Below are positions 43,483 to 51,600 of a DNA stretch of 64,000 nucleotides, piece after piece. How positions within the stretch are numbered: position 1 is the first letter of the stretch; each line of letters opens with the position of its first letter. Source of the DNA: Clostridia bacterium (GTDB taxonomy: Bacteria > Bacillota > Clostridia > Christensenellales > CAG-138); NCBI GenBank assembly GCA_017524445.1, contig JAFXVP010000009.1, positions 28,702 to 92,701 on the forward strand, given 5' to 3'. Both the position numbers and the translations under genes were made by a program. The notes beneath the pieces are model-generated. The model had not been told where the DNA came from, made no database searches, and saw only the letters and a list, made by a program, of their open reading frames with translations.

Positions 43483-45185
43483 ACGCAAAAGAACGCTATG
43501 CACTCTGGATGAACAGTCCCGACATCGACGAACAGACCAAGGCGGAGCTTGTCTCCATCAAGGACGATCCCAACGAGATCGAGGAACGCTTCTATACCGA
43601 GCTCGAATTCGGTACGGCGGGTCTCCGCGGCATTTTAGGCGCGGGTGACAACCGCATGAACATCTACAACGTCCGCAAGGCGACCGAGGGGCTTGCGCGC
43701 TACCTCGACGAGAACGTGAACGGCACGGCGCGCGTGTGCATCGCGTACGATTCGCGGCATTGCTCCGACCTCTTCGCCAAAGAGACCGCGTGCGTGCTCG
43801 CGGGTCACGGTGTGCACGTCTATCTCTATTCCACGCTGCATTCCGTGCCGCAGCTGAGCTTCACCGTGCGCGAGCTCCATTGCGACGCGGGCGTGGTCGT
43901 CACGGCAAGCCACAACCCGCCGAAGTACAACGGCTACAAGGTCTACGGCCCGACCGCGGGGCAGGCGACGCCGGAGCTGGCAAACGAGATCACCAAGCAC
44001 ATCCGTGCGGTCGAGGGCTTCAAAACCGCATACAAGCCGTATGACGAGGGGATCAAGGACGGCACGATCGAGCTCATCGGCAGGGACGTCGACGAGATCT
44101 ATTACGCAAAGACCATGTCGCTTCTGACGCAGCCGGAACTCGTGAAAGAAAAGGGCAAGGACCTTAAGATCGTCTATACCCCGCTGCACGGAAGCGGCAA
44201 CGTGCCCGTGCGCGAGGTATTGAAGCGCATCGGCGTCACGAACGTCACGGTCGTCAAGGAACAGGAAGCGCCGGACGGCAGCTTCCCGACGGTCAAGGCC
44301 CCGAACCCCGAGGATCCGAACGCGTTCACGCTCGCGTTTCAATACGCCGAGAAAGTCGGCGCGACGGTCATCATCGGCACCGACCCGGACAGCGACCGGC
44401 TCGGGCTTGCGGTCAAAAAGACCGACGGCGACTGGGCGGTGCTCTCCGGCAATCAGATCGGCGCGATCCTGATCCACTCCCTGCTTTCGAGTTACAAGGC
44501 GACCGGCAAGCTGCCGGAGAACGGTTTGGTCGTCCGTTCGATCGTGTCTACGCAGCTTGCGGACGCGATCTGCGCGAAATTCAACGTGACGCTGCATGAA
44601 GTTCTGACCGGCTTCCGCTTCATTGCGGAGGAGATCGCAAAGTGCGAAGAGACGCACGAACACACGTTCCTGTTCGGCTTTGAAGAAAGCTTCGGCTTCC
44701 TCGCCGGGACCTCCGTGCGCGACAAGGACGCGATCTGCGCGGCGATGCTCGTCGCGGAGGCGTGCGTGGTGTATCAGCAAAAGGGCATGACGCTGTACGA
44801 CGCGCTGATGGAGATCTACGAAACCTACGGCTTCTACCGCGAAAAGGTCAAGTCCTACACGCTCGAGGGCAAGGCGGGCATCGAGGCGATCCAGAACGCG
44901 ATGGCGCTTCTCCGCAAGGATCCTCTCTCCGAAATCGCGGGCACGCACGTAAACAAGGCCGAGGATTTCAACAAACCCGAAGAAACAGGCCTGCCGCGCT
45001 CGAACGTGCTGCGCTATACGCTTTCGGACGGCGCGTGGGTCACGGTGCGTCCCTCCGGCACGGAACCGAAGCTGAAGCTCTACATCGGCGCGCACGAAAA
45101 GACCGACGCAAAGGTACAGGCGCGGCTCGACGAGATCATGAATGACATGGACGCAAAGCTCGCTTCCCTTCTGGGAATCAAATAA
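43479..45185 (+). CDS. Phosphoglucomutase / phosphomannomutase family protein
   Basis: Active-site TASHNPPKYNGYK, metal site GTDPDSDR, GFEESFG motif; 568 aa. Confidence 0.9.
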   Translation: MNAKERYALWMNSPDIDEQTKAELVSIKDDPNEIEERFYTELEFGTAGLRGILGAGDNRMNIYNVRKATEGLARYLDENVNGTARVCIAYDSRHCSDLFAKETACVLAGHGVHVYLYSTLHSVPQLSFTVRELHCDAGVVVTASHNPPKYNGYKVYGPTAGQATPELANEITKHIRAVEGFKTAYKPYDEGIKDGTIELIGRDVDEIYYAKTMSLLTQPELVKEKGKDLKIVYTPLHGSGNVPVREVLKRIGVTNVTVVKEQEAPDGSFPTVKAPNPEDPNAFTLAFQYAEKVGATVIIGTDPDSDRLGLAVKKTDGDWAVLSGNQIGAILIHSLLSSYKATGKLPENGLVVRSIVSTQLADAICAKFNVTLHEVLTGFRFIAEEIAKCEETHEHTFLFGFEESFGFLAGTSVRDKDAICAAMLVAEACVVYQQKGMTLYDALMEIYETYGFYREKVKSYTLEGKAGIEAIQNAMALLRKDPLSEIAGTHVNKAEDFNKPEETGLPRSNVLRYTLSDGAWVTVRPSGTEPKLKLYIGAHEKTDAKVQARLDEIMNDMDAKLASLLGIK

Positions 45186-45306
45186 AGGAGGATTTTCCCC
45201 CGGAAAATCTACCTGCATTCTGCATTCTGCATTCTACATTAAAAAGGAGGATTTTCCCTCGGAAAATCTACCTCCATTCCTCATTCTGCATTCTGCATTC
45301 CACATT
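45184..45306 (+). repeat. Two tandem units (57 and 66 nt): SD-like AAAGGAGG + GATTTTCC-hairpin + (TGCATTC)n TACATT
   Basis: 45184-45240 and 45241-45306 align over nearly their full length. Each unit has an 8-bp hairpin GATTTTCC-NNN-GGAAAATC followed by 3-4 heptamers. Located between the pgm stop and the deoD SD. Confidence 0.85.
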
Positions 45307-45320
45307 ACAAAGGAGTTATT

Positions 45321-46031
45321 ATGGCAGCTATCACTCCCCACAACGGCGCACAAAAGGGCGATTTTGCAAAGACGGTTCTGATGCCGGGCGACCCCTTGCG
45401 CGCAAAGTTCATTGCGGAAACGTACCTTGAAGATCCGCAGCTTGTCACGGGCATCCGCAACGTCTACGGTTACACGGGCACCTACGAAGGCAAGCGCGTG
45501 TCCGTCATGGCAAGCGGCATGGGCAATCCCAGCATCGGCATTTATTCCTACGAGCTCTTCCATTTCTTCGACGTGGAGAGCATTATCCGCGTCGGAAGCG
45601 CAGGCGCGTACCACCCCGACCTGAAGCTTTTCGACATCGTCATCGGCATGGGCGCGTGCACGAACTCGAACTACGCCGCGCAGTTCAATCTGCCCGGCAC
45701 GTTCGCCCCGATCGCGGATTTCGGGCTCGTCCGAAAGGCGGTCGACGCGTGCGAAGCGATCGGCGCGCGGTACATGGTGGGCAATCTCATGAGCTCCGAC
45801 GTGTTCTATGACGACGACCCGAACGCGTGGCTATCCTGGCGTAAAATGGGCGTGCTTGCCGCGGAAATGGAAGCGGCGGCGCTCTACATGAACGCGGCGC
45901 GCTGCGGCAAAAAGGCGCTTGCGATCGACACGATCAGCGACCTCATCGGCACGCACGAGGAAACGACGCCGGAGCAGCGCCAGACCGCGTTCGACCAGAT
46001 GATCCGCGTGGCGCTGTCCATCGCGGAATAA
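45321..46031 (+). CDS. deoD: Purine nucleoside phosphorylase
   Basis: VLMPGDPLRAKFIAE, SVMASGMGNPS and AAEMEAAALY motifs; 236 aa. Confidence 0.95.
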   Translation: MAAITPHNGAQKGDFAKTVLMPGDPLRAKFIAETYLEDPQLVTGIRNVYGYTGTYEGKRVSVMASGMGNPSIGIYSYELFHFFDVESIIRVGSAGAYHPDLKLFDIVIGMGACTNSNYAAQFNLPGTFAPIADFGLVRKAVDACEAIGARYMVGNLMSSDVFYDDDPNAWLSWRKMGVLAAEMEAAALYMNAARCGKKALAIDTISDLIGTHEETTPEQRQTAFDQMIRVALSIAE

Positions 46032-46034
46032 CCT

Positions 46035-46262
46035 TCCGATACATCCTTCGCCTTCCCCTTGAGGGGAAGGTGGATCGCGCAGCGAGACGGATGAGGTGGA
46101 AAGGGAAACGAACGCCTGCGTTCGTCCGATCCGCAAAAGCTCACGCTTTTTGCGTGTACACCTCATCAGTCAACTTCGTTGATTCACTTCGTTGCGCTTC
46201 GTTACAGAGGAAGATCGCGCGCTCCCCGCGCGTACCATGCTATCCCCTCAAAGGGGAAGCCA
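46035..46262. repeat. Mosaic GC-hairpin repeat region
   Basis: CCTTCCCC/GGGGAAGG hairpin at 46051-46070, GATGAGGTG at 46090-46098, ACGAACGC/GCGTTCGT hairpin, CACCTCATC at 46159-46167, CTTCGTTACAGAGGAAGATCGCGCG at 46197-46221, second GGGGAAG hairpin near 46243-46260. Confidence 0.8.
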
Positions 46263-46273
46263 TGCCGTGGTGC

Positions 46274-46302
46274 TTGACAATCTCAGGGGCGTTCTCTATA
46301 CT
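46274..46302 (+). promoter_or_regulatory. sigma-A-type promoter TTGACA-17-TATACT
   Basis: Consensus -35 at 46274-46279, exact 17-nt spacer, TATACT at 46297-46302. About 100-nt structured leader before the 46406 ATG. Confidence 0.65.
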
Positions 46303-46405
46303 GATCATGAGCGGTTCTGATTGTCGGGCTTCCCGACGGATCAGCTTGGCTTCGCGCCATAGCCGCTCTTTGCTTATTTTATGTGCTGAAAAATGGAGGT
46401 ATTTT

Positions 46406-46690
46406 ATGGTTCGTCACATCGTATTTTTCCGGTTTGAAAATCCGGAGGAGAACATCCCGATCGTACGGGATTCGCTCTATGCGCTTAAAGATAAGATCCC
46501 CCAGATCGTCGACATGCAGATCGGCGCGGACTTCATGCATTCGCAGCGGAGCTCCGACATGGTCCTGATCGTCGATTTCAAAAACCGCGAGGATCTCGAG
46601 ATCTACGACAAGAACCCCGACCACGCAAAGGCGCGCGTCTACATCCACGCGCACCGCACCGAATCGCGGACCGTCGATTTCGAGTTCTGA
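46406..46690 (+). CDS. Dabb (stress-responsive alpha/beta-barrel) domain protein
   Basis: [10 protein letters not shown]..., 94 aa, ATG after GGAGG. The stop overlaps the uvrB start. Confidence 0.75.
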   Translation: MVRHIVFFRFENPEENIPIVRDSLYALKDKIPQIVDMQIGADFMHSQRSSDMVLIVDFKNREDLEIYDKNPDHAKARVYIHAHRTESRTVDFEF

Positions 46691-48717
46691 TGGGAACCTT
46701 CAAGGTCGTTTCCCCCTACGAACCGCAGGGCGATCAGCCGCAGGCGATCGAAACGCTTGCAAAAAGCATCGAAGCAGGCAATCCCCTGTCCGTTCTTTTG
46801 GGCGTCACGGGAAGCGGAAAAACCTATACCATGGCAAAGGTCATCGAGCGTGTGCAAAAGCCCACGCTCGTCCTTGCGCACAACAAAACGCTCGCCGCGC
46901 AGCTCTGCTCTGAGTTCAAGGAGCTTTTCCCGGACTCCGCGGTCGAGTTCTTCGTGTCGTACTACGATTACTATCAGCCCGAAGCGTACCTGCCCGCGAG
47001 CGACACCTACATCGAAAAGACGATCGACGTGAACGACGAGATCGACAAGCTGCGCCACTCCGCAACGTGCGCCTTAAACGAACGGAACGACGTCATTATC
47101 GTCGCGTCGGTCTCGTGCATCTACGGGCTCGGCGATCCGAAGGAATATCTGAAGCTCTCCATTTCGCTGCGCGAAGGCATGGAGATCGATAAGAAGGACG
47201 TCATGCGGCGGCTGATCGAAAACCAGTATCAGCGAAACGACATGGATTTTTCGCGCGGGACGTTCCGCTCGCACGGCGACACGCTCGACATCTACCCCGT
47301 CAACTGGACCGACAAGGCGCTGCGCATCGGCTTTTTCGGCGACGAGATCGAGCGCATTTCGGAGATCAACGTGCTGACCGGCGAAGTGACCGCCCGCCGC
47401 AGCCACGTCGCGATCTTCCCCGCCTCGCACTACGCGACCGGGCAGGAGAAGATGAACGAGGCATTGAAGGAGATCGAGGCGGACATGGAGGTGCAGGAAC
47501 AGATGTTCCTCGACACGAACCGCCCCCTGGAGGCCGAGCGCATCCGCTCCCGCGTGCTGCACGATATCGAGATGATGCAGGAGATCGGCTTCTGCAGCGG
47601 CATCGAAAACTACTCCCGCTACTTTGACGGGCGTAAACCCGGCGAGCCGCCGTTTACGCTTTTGGATTACTTTCCGAAGGACTTTCTGATGTTCGTCGAC
47701 GAAAGCCACGTCACGCTGCCGCAGGTCGGCGGCATGTTCCGCGGCGACCGCGCCCGGAAGGACGCGCTCGTCGAATACGGCTTCCGGCTTCCGAGCGCAA
47801 GGGACAACCGCCCGCTGAAGTTCGACGAATTCATGGCGCGCGTGCCGCAGCTCGTCTGCGTGTCCGCGACGCCCGCAAGCTTTGAACTGAACCGCGCGAA
47901 CGTCGTCGCCGAGCAGATCATCCGCCCGACCGGGCTTGTCGACCCGGAGGTCACCGTGCGCCCCGTCAAAGGGCAGATCGACGATCTTCTCTCCGAAGTC
48001 CGCATGCAGGCGGAAAAGGGCTTCCGGACGCTCATCACGACGCTGACAAAGCGCATGGCGGAGGACCTCACCGAATACCTCGACCGCATGGGTGTGCGCG
48101 TGCGCTACATGCACAGCGACATCGACACGCTGGACCGCATGGAGATCATCCGCGACCTGCGGCTTGGCGAATTCGACGCGCTCGTCGGCATCAACCTCCT
48201 CAGAGAAGGGCTCGACCTGCCCGAGGTCGGTCTTGTCGCGATCCTCGACGCGGATAAGGAGGGCTTCTTACGAAGCGAAACGAGCCTCATCCAGACCATC
48301 GGCAGAGCGGCAAGAAACGCCGAGGGCCGCGTCATCCTCTACGCCGACACAGTCACGCAGTCGATGCGCCGCGCGATGGACGAGACCGCCCGCCGCCGCG
48401 CAAAACAGATGGCGTACAACAAAGAGCACGGCATCGTTCCGAAGACCATTCAGAAGAAGGTCTACGACACGCTCGTCATCTCGCGGCGCGAGGAAGAAGC
48501 GCCGGAACAGCTCACCGAATACCAGAAGCGCGAGCGCATCGCAATCCTCACCGAGCAGATGCAGCAGGCGGCGCGCGAGCTCGAGTTCGAGACCGCGGCA
48601 AAGCTTCGCGACGCGATCCTTGCGCTGAAGGGCGAAAAACCGCAAACCAAAAAGACCGACCTCCGCCCGGGTCAGATCGGCGCCCACAAGCGCGCAAGGG
48701 AGAAGACGCATAAATGA
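46690..48717 (+). CDS. uvrB: Excinuclease ABC subunit B
   Basis: [12 protein letters not shown] Walker A, helicase motifs, C-terminal UVR domain ([17 protein letters not shown]). Confidence 0.95.
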   Translation: MGTFKVVSPYEPQGDQPQAIETLAKSIEAGNPLSVLLGVTGSGKTYTMAKVIERVQKPTLVLAHNKTLAAQLCSEFKELFPDSAVEFFVSYYDYYQPEAYLPASDTYIEKTIDVNDEIDKLRHSATCALNERNDVIIVASVSCIYGLGDPKEYLKLSISLREGMEIDKKDVMRRLIENQYQRNDMDFSRGTFRSHGDTLDIYPVNWTDKALRIGFFGDEIERISEINVLTGEVTARRSHVAIFPASHYATGQEKMNEALKEIEADMEVQEQMFLDTNRPLEAERIRSRVLHDIEMMQEIGFCSGIENYSRYFDGRKPGEPPFTLLDYFPKDFLMFVDESHVTLPQVGGMFRGDRARKDALVEYGFRLPSARDNRPLKFDEFMARVPQLVCVSATPASFELNRANVVAEQIIRPTGLVDPEVTVRPVKGQIDDLLSEVRMQAEKGFRTLITTLTKRMAEDLTEYLDRMGVRVRYMHSDIDTLDRMEIIRDLRLGEFDALVGINLLREGLDLPEVGLVAILDADKEGFLRSETSLIQTIGRAARNAEGRVILYADTVTQSMRRAMDETARRRAKQMAYNKEHGIVPKTIQKKVYDTLVISRREEEAPEQLTEYQKRERIAILTEQMQQAARELEFETAAKLRDAILALKGEKPQTKKTDLRPGQIGAHKRAREKTHK

Positions 48718-49046
48718 AGGGAATACAGATCATGAAAAGAATATTGACGTTTTGTATGATCATGCTGATGCTCATTTCAACTTTCGGCTGCATATTCGCG
48801 ATAGACCTTGATCCCATGTCTCTTGAAGAAATAACAGCTGCAACCGAAATCATCACGCAGGACGTCTATTGGCCGCGGTTCGGAAAAACGTATCACATGT
48901 TTGAAGACTGTCAAGCGCTTCAGGAATCCACCGTGTTTACCGGCACTGTGGAGGATGCCATCGACGCCGGGCATAAGTACCTCTGTCGCTTTTGCGCGTC
49001 AAGAGCCGGCATTGACAACACGGAAATCCGAATTGAGGAAGAATAA
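48714..49046 (+). CDS. Small low-GC putative lipoprotein with YH..C...C..C motif
   Basis: Signal peptide with lipobox LISTFGC. C-terminal [13 protein letters not shown]...[10 protein letters not shown]. The start could be 48714 (ATGA overlap with uvrB) or 48732. Confidence 0.55.
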   Translation: MKGIQIMKRILTFCMIMLMLISTFGCIFAIDLDPMSLEEITAATEIITQDVYWPRFGKTYHMFEDCQALQESTVFTGTVEDAIDAGHKYLCRFCASRAGIDNTEIRIEEE

Positions 49047-49059
49047 TAAGATGTAGTAT

Positions 49060-49290
49060 CATATGAATTCTTCGTCGCTGCGCTCTAGATTCTTCGTCGC
49101 TTCGCTTAAGATTCTTCGTCACTGCGTTCCTCAGAATGACACCGTGTGGTGCGCACCTCAGAAAGACAAACCAACCTTGATGTGTAATCCTGAGCAAAGC
49201 GAAGGATCTTGCGAAGCGAAGGATCTTGCGAAGCGAAGGATCTTGCGAAGCGAAGGATCTTGCGAAGCGAAGGATCTTGCGAAGCATAGG
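49060..49290. repeat. Left repeat flank of the GIY-YIG gene: three forward ~21-nt units, CCTCAGAATGAC, then five perfect 17-nt tandem units (49199-49283)
   Basis: GAATTCTTCGTCGCTGCGCTC / TAGATTCTTCGTCGCTTCGCT / TAAGATTCTTCGTCACTGCGTTCCTCAGAATGAC, then (GCGAAGGATCTTGCGAA)x5, which is approximately the reverse complement of the forward units. Confidence 0.9.
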
Positions 49291-49300
49291 AAACACTTCT

Positions 49301-49585
49301 ATGAATCATTATTACGTGTACATCCTCACAAATTGGAATAACAAGGTCATGTACATCGGTGTGACCGGGAACCTGCTTCGCCGATTATACGAGCATAAAA
49401 ACGGCGTTTATGAGGGATTCACGAAAAAGTATCACGTTCATAAACTGGTCTACTTCGAGGAAACATCGGATGTTTACGCAGCCCTGACACGTGAGAAGCA
49501 ATTGGAGGGGTTGCTTCGCAGCAAAAAGAACGCATTGGTCGAGACAATGAATCCCGACTGGCATGATTTGAGTAAAGATTGGTAA
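49301..49585 (+). CDS. Small GIY-YIG nuclease family protein (UPF0213-like)
   Basis: MNHYYVYILTNWNNKVMYIGVTGNLLRRLYEHKNG contains the GIY and YIG motifs; 94 aa. The upstream part of the track ORF is repeat-derived. Confidence 0.85.
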   Translation: MNHYYVYILTNWNNKVMYIGVTGNLLRRLYEHKNGVYEGFTKKYHVHKLVYFEETSDVYAALTREKQLEGLLRSKKNALVETMNPDWHDLSKDW

Positions 49586-49865
49586 TAAGATTCTTCGTCG
49601 CTTCGCTCTAGATTCTTCGTCACTGCGTTCCTCAGAATGACACAAAGGGATGCGCTCCTCAGAATGGCATACCCCCTCGCTGTGTAATCCTGAGCATAGC
49701 GAAGAATCTTGCGTAGCGAAGGATCTTGCATAGCCGAGGGATCTTGCGTAGCGAAGAATTCTGAAAAATTCTTCGTCGCTCCGCTCAGGATTCTTCGTCA
49801 CTGCGTTCAAGATTCTTCGTCACTGCGTTCAAGATTCTTCGTCACTGCGTTCCTCAAAATGACAT
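49586..49865. repeat. Right repeat flank of the GIY-YIG gene: forward units, reverse units, and a palindromic centre, followed by three 22-nt tandem units
   Basis: Re-uses the left-flank modules (AGATTCTTCGTCACTGCGTTCCTCAGAATGAC at 49609-49641; TGTGTAATCCTGAGCA). Palindrome GCGAAGAATTC-TGAAAA-ATTCTTCG near 49751-49776. (AAGATTCTTCGTCACTGCGTTC)x3 at about 49787-49852. Confidence 0.85.
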
Positions 49866-49869
49866 GAAG

Positions 49870-49910
49870 AAACGGCCGGCGAAGATCACGGAAATCTTCG
49901 CGGCCGTTTT
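49870..49910 (+). terminator. Rho-independent terminator after the GIY-YIG locus
   Basis: AAACGGCCGGCGAAGATCACGGAAATCTTCGCGGCCGTTTT. Confidence 0.7.
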
Positions 49911-49954
49911 GTAATTACAAACGACAATGTAATTATAATGTAATTATAATTGAC

Positions 49955-49991
49955 AAAAGACAGAGGTTTTTCGGAGAACCTCTGTCTTTTT
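49955..49991. terminator. Bidirectional rho-independent terminator (serves rsmA on the minus strand)
   Basis: AAAAGACAGAGGTTTTTCGGAGAACCTCTGTCTTTTT, with A-run and T-run flanks in an AT-rich spacer. Confidence 0.75.
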
Positions 49992-50086
49992 ACGGTATAG
50001 AATACTGTCATTGTAATTACTCTTTATCATTCTAATTATATATACGCCGTCAAAAGCCCGTTTCCTCTTTTTTTCCTGTGAACTTT

Positions 50087-50118
50087 CGCGCATCTTTTTC
50101 CCGGAATTTTGTCCGGTT
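50087..50118 (+). repeat. Third, partial copy of the 55-nt repeat, abutting/overlapping the rsmA stop codon
   Basis: TTTTCCCGGAATTTTGTCCGGTTTCAGAGCAG aligns to 10461-10492. TCAGAGCAG is the reverse complement of the last rsmA codons (..L L stop). Confidence 0.75.
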
Positions 50119-50907
50119 TCAGAGCAGGCGGTAAAGCGCAAGGAAGGTCTCGGGCGAAAGCGTTTCCGCGCGGGTCTCCGGTGAAATGCCGAGCGCTTCC
50201 AAAGCGTTTTCGGCGTTTTTGTACGCTTTGAGGTTATTTTTGATCGTCTTCCGCCGCATGGAAAGAAGTCCTGTTGAGAACGCGAACAGCGCCTTCGGAT
50301 CGACGTCCGGCGCGTCCGCTTTTTTCGTCATGCCGACAAAGACCGACTGCACGTCCGGGCTCGGAAAGAAGCAGTCCTGCGGGAATTGCGCAAGCGTTTC
50401 CGCGTCATAATAAAGCTGTGTAAGGATCGAAAGCGGTCCGTAATTGTCGTCTTTCGGCGCGGCAAAGAAACGGTCTGCCGCCTCCTTCTGCACCATGCAG
50501 TAAAACGACGCGGGCAGCGCTTTCAGAACGGCCGTGCAAAGCGGCGTCGTGATGTAGTACGGCAGATTGCCCACGACCGAAAACGGCTTTTCGACCTCCG
50601 CGTAACGAAATTTCTGCGCGTCAAGCGTTTGGACCGAAAGGTTCGGATGCGGCAGCGATTTTTGTAAAAAATCCGCCATCGCCGCGTCCTTTTCGACCGC
50701 GGTAACCGAAACGCCCTTTTCGAGCAAAAGTTCGGTCAGTCCGCCGAGGCCGGGTCCGATCTCGATCACGGTTTTTGCGAGCGTCATTTGTTCGACGCAG
50801 GTAAAAAGCCTTTCGCCGTCGACGCAGAAATTCTGCCCCAGCGCGCGGTTCGGGCTTGCGTGCATTTCGTTCAATGCGGTTTTGACAAATTCGATGCTTG
50901 CTCTCAT
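50119..50907 (-). CDS. rsmA: 16S rRNA (adenine1518/1519-N6)-dimethyltransferase
   Basis: Start MRASIEFVKTAL at 50907. QNFCVD, IEIGPGLGGLTE and VVGNLPYYITTP motifs. The rest of the 949-aa track ORF is antisense to feoB. Confidence 0.9.
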   Translation of the reverse strand: MRASIEFVKTALNEMHASPNRALGQNFCVDGERLFTCVEQMTLAKTVIEIGPGLGGLTELLLEKGVSVTAVEKDAAMADFLQKSLPHPNLSVQTLDAQKFRYAEVEKPFSVVGNLPYYITTPLCTAVLKALPASFYCMVQKEAADRFFAAPKDDNYGPLSILTQLYYDAETLAQFPQDCFFPSPDVQSVFVGMTKKADAPDVDPKALFAFSTGLLSMRRKTIKNNLKAYKNAENALEALGISPETRAETLSPETFLALYRLL

Positions 50908-51001
50908 GCGCGCAGTATAGCATATTTTTCCGCGCGCCGCAAGGTATAGCGCGGCATGCGCCGGGCACAATAACGGAAAAGAACCGAAAGGAGATGCGCA
51001 T

Positions 51002-51253
51002 ATGAAACGATTCTTTTTGATTCCGGTGCTTGCGTTGCTTTTCGCGCTTGCCGGCTGCACCTGTTCCGCGAGCGGGAAGGTCTCGACGCCGACCAAAGCG
51101 CCGACGGCAAAACCGACGGTTAGCGCGGCGCCGATCGTAACGCCGCAGCCCACGATGAGCGCCGCCCCGACGGAAACGACCGCGCCGGTCATGCCGACCG
51201 AACCGATCGTCTCGCCCTCCGCGGGCGCGAGTGCCGGGACGGGCAATCCGTAA
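51002..51253 (+). CDS. Small Pro/Thr-rich lipoprotein (83 aa)
   Basis: Signal peptide with lipobox LFALAGC, then a low-complexity PT/A-rich chain. Own terminator. Confidence 0.6.
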   Translation: MKRFFLIPVLALLFALAGCTCSASGKVSTPTKAPTAKPTVSAAPIVTPQPTMSAAPTETTAPVMPTEPIVSPSAGASAGTGNP

Positions 51254-51267
51254 AAAACCGTATGTGC

Positions 51268-51295
51268 AAAACGCTTCCCCCTCGGAAGCGTTTTT
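51268..51295 (+). terminator. Rho-independent terminator
   Basis: AAAACGCTTCC-CCCTC-GGAAGCGTTTTT. Confidence 0.75.
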
Positions 51296-51339
51296 CTGCT
51301 TGTCAGATAATCCGTATGATCCGGACAGCAACATAAAAC

Positions 51340-51530
51340 GGGTAACATAAGCGCGTTGTAAACGCGCGCACGAACACATCGGGAAACAAACGATCGCATC
51401 AATCCGTCAAATTCAGCGACATGTGCGGTGAATTTGACTCCTTGCAGGACCCACCGCCCGAAAACGCGCAGCGTTTTAGGTGGGGCCTGAAAACCAGTCT
51501 GTTGAAAAACGCAGTTTTTCGACAGACTGA
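51340..51530 (-). repeat. Mosaic terminator-like repeat element, copy 1 (minus orientation)
   Basis: Contains CAGTCTGTTGAA..TTCGACAGACTG, a CAGG..CCTG long hairpin, the 33-nt hairpin at 51406-51438 (reverse complement GTCAAATTCACCGCACATGTCGCTGAATTTGAC) and GCGCGTTGTAAACGCGC. Confidence 0.85.
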
Positions 51531-51534
51531 ATGC

Positions 51535-51563
51535 TTGCATCCGCGTCCGTCTTGCGGTATAAT
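51535..51563 (+). promoter_or_regulatory. sigma-A-type promoter TTGCAT-17-TATAAT for feoAB
   Basis: TTGCAT at 51535-51540, 17-nt spacer, TATAAT at 51558-51563, about 38 nt upstream of the ATG. Confidence 0.6.
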
Positions 51564-51600
51564 TTCCCCGATCAGAGAGGGTTTTTCGGAGGGGAACGGT

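Noticed and set aside
46107-46126. LexA/SOS-box-like dyad CGAACGCCTGCGTTCG upstream of uvrB
   Set aside because: The spacing is GAAC-N6-GTTC rather than the Gram-positive GAAC-N4-GTTC. It lies about 170 nt upstream of the mapped promoter, inside a mosaic repeat where it is simply one of the hairpin modules.
49199-49283. CRISPR-like regular array
   Set aside because: It consists of five perfect 17-nt units that are directly adjacent, with no spacers, and there are no cas genes. It is a tandem repeat belonging to the GIY-YIG-associated repeat family.
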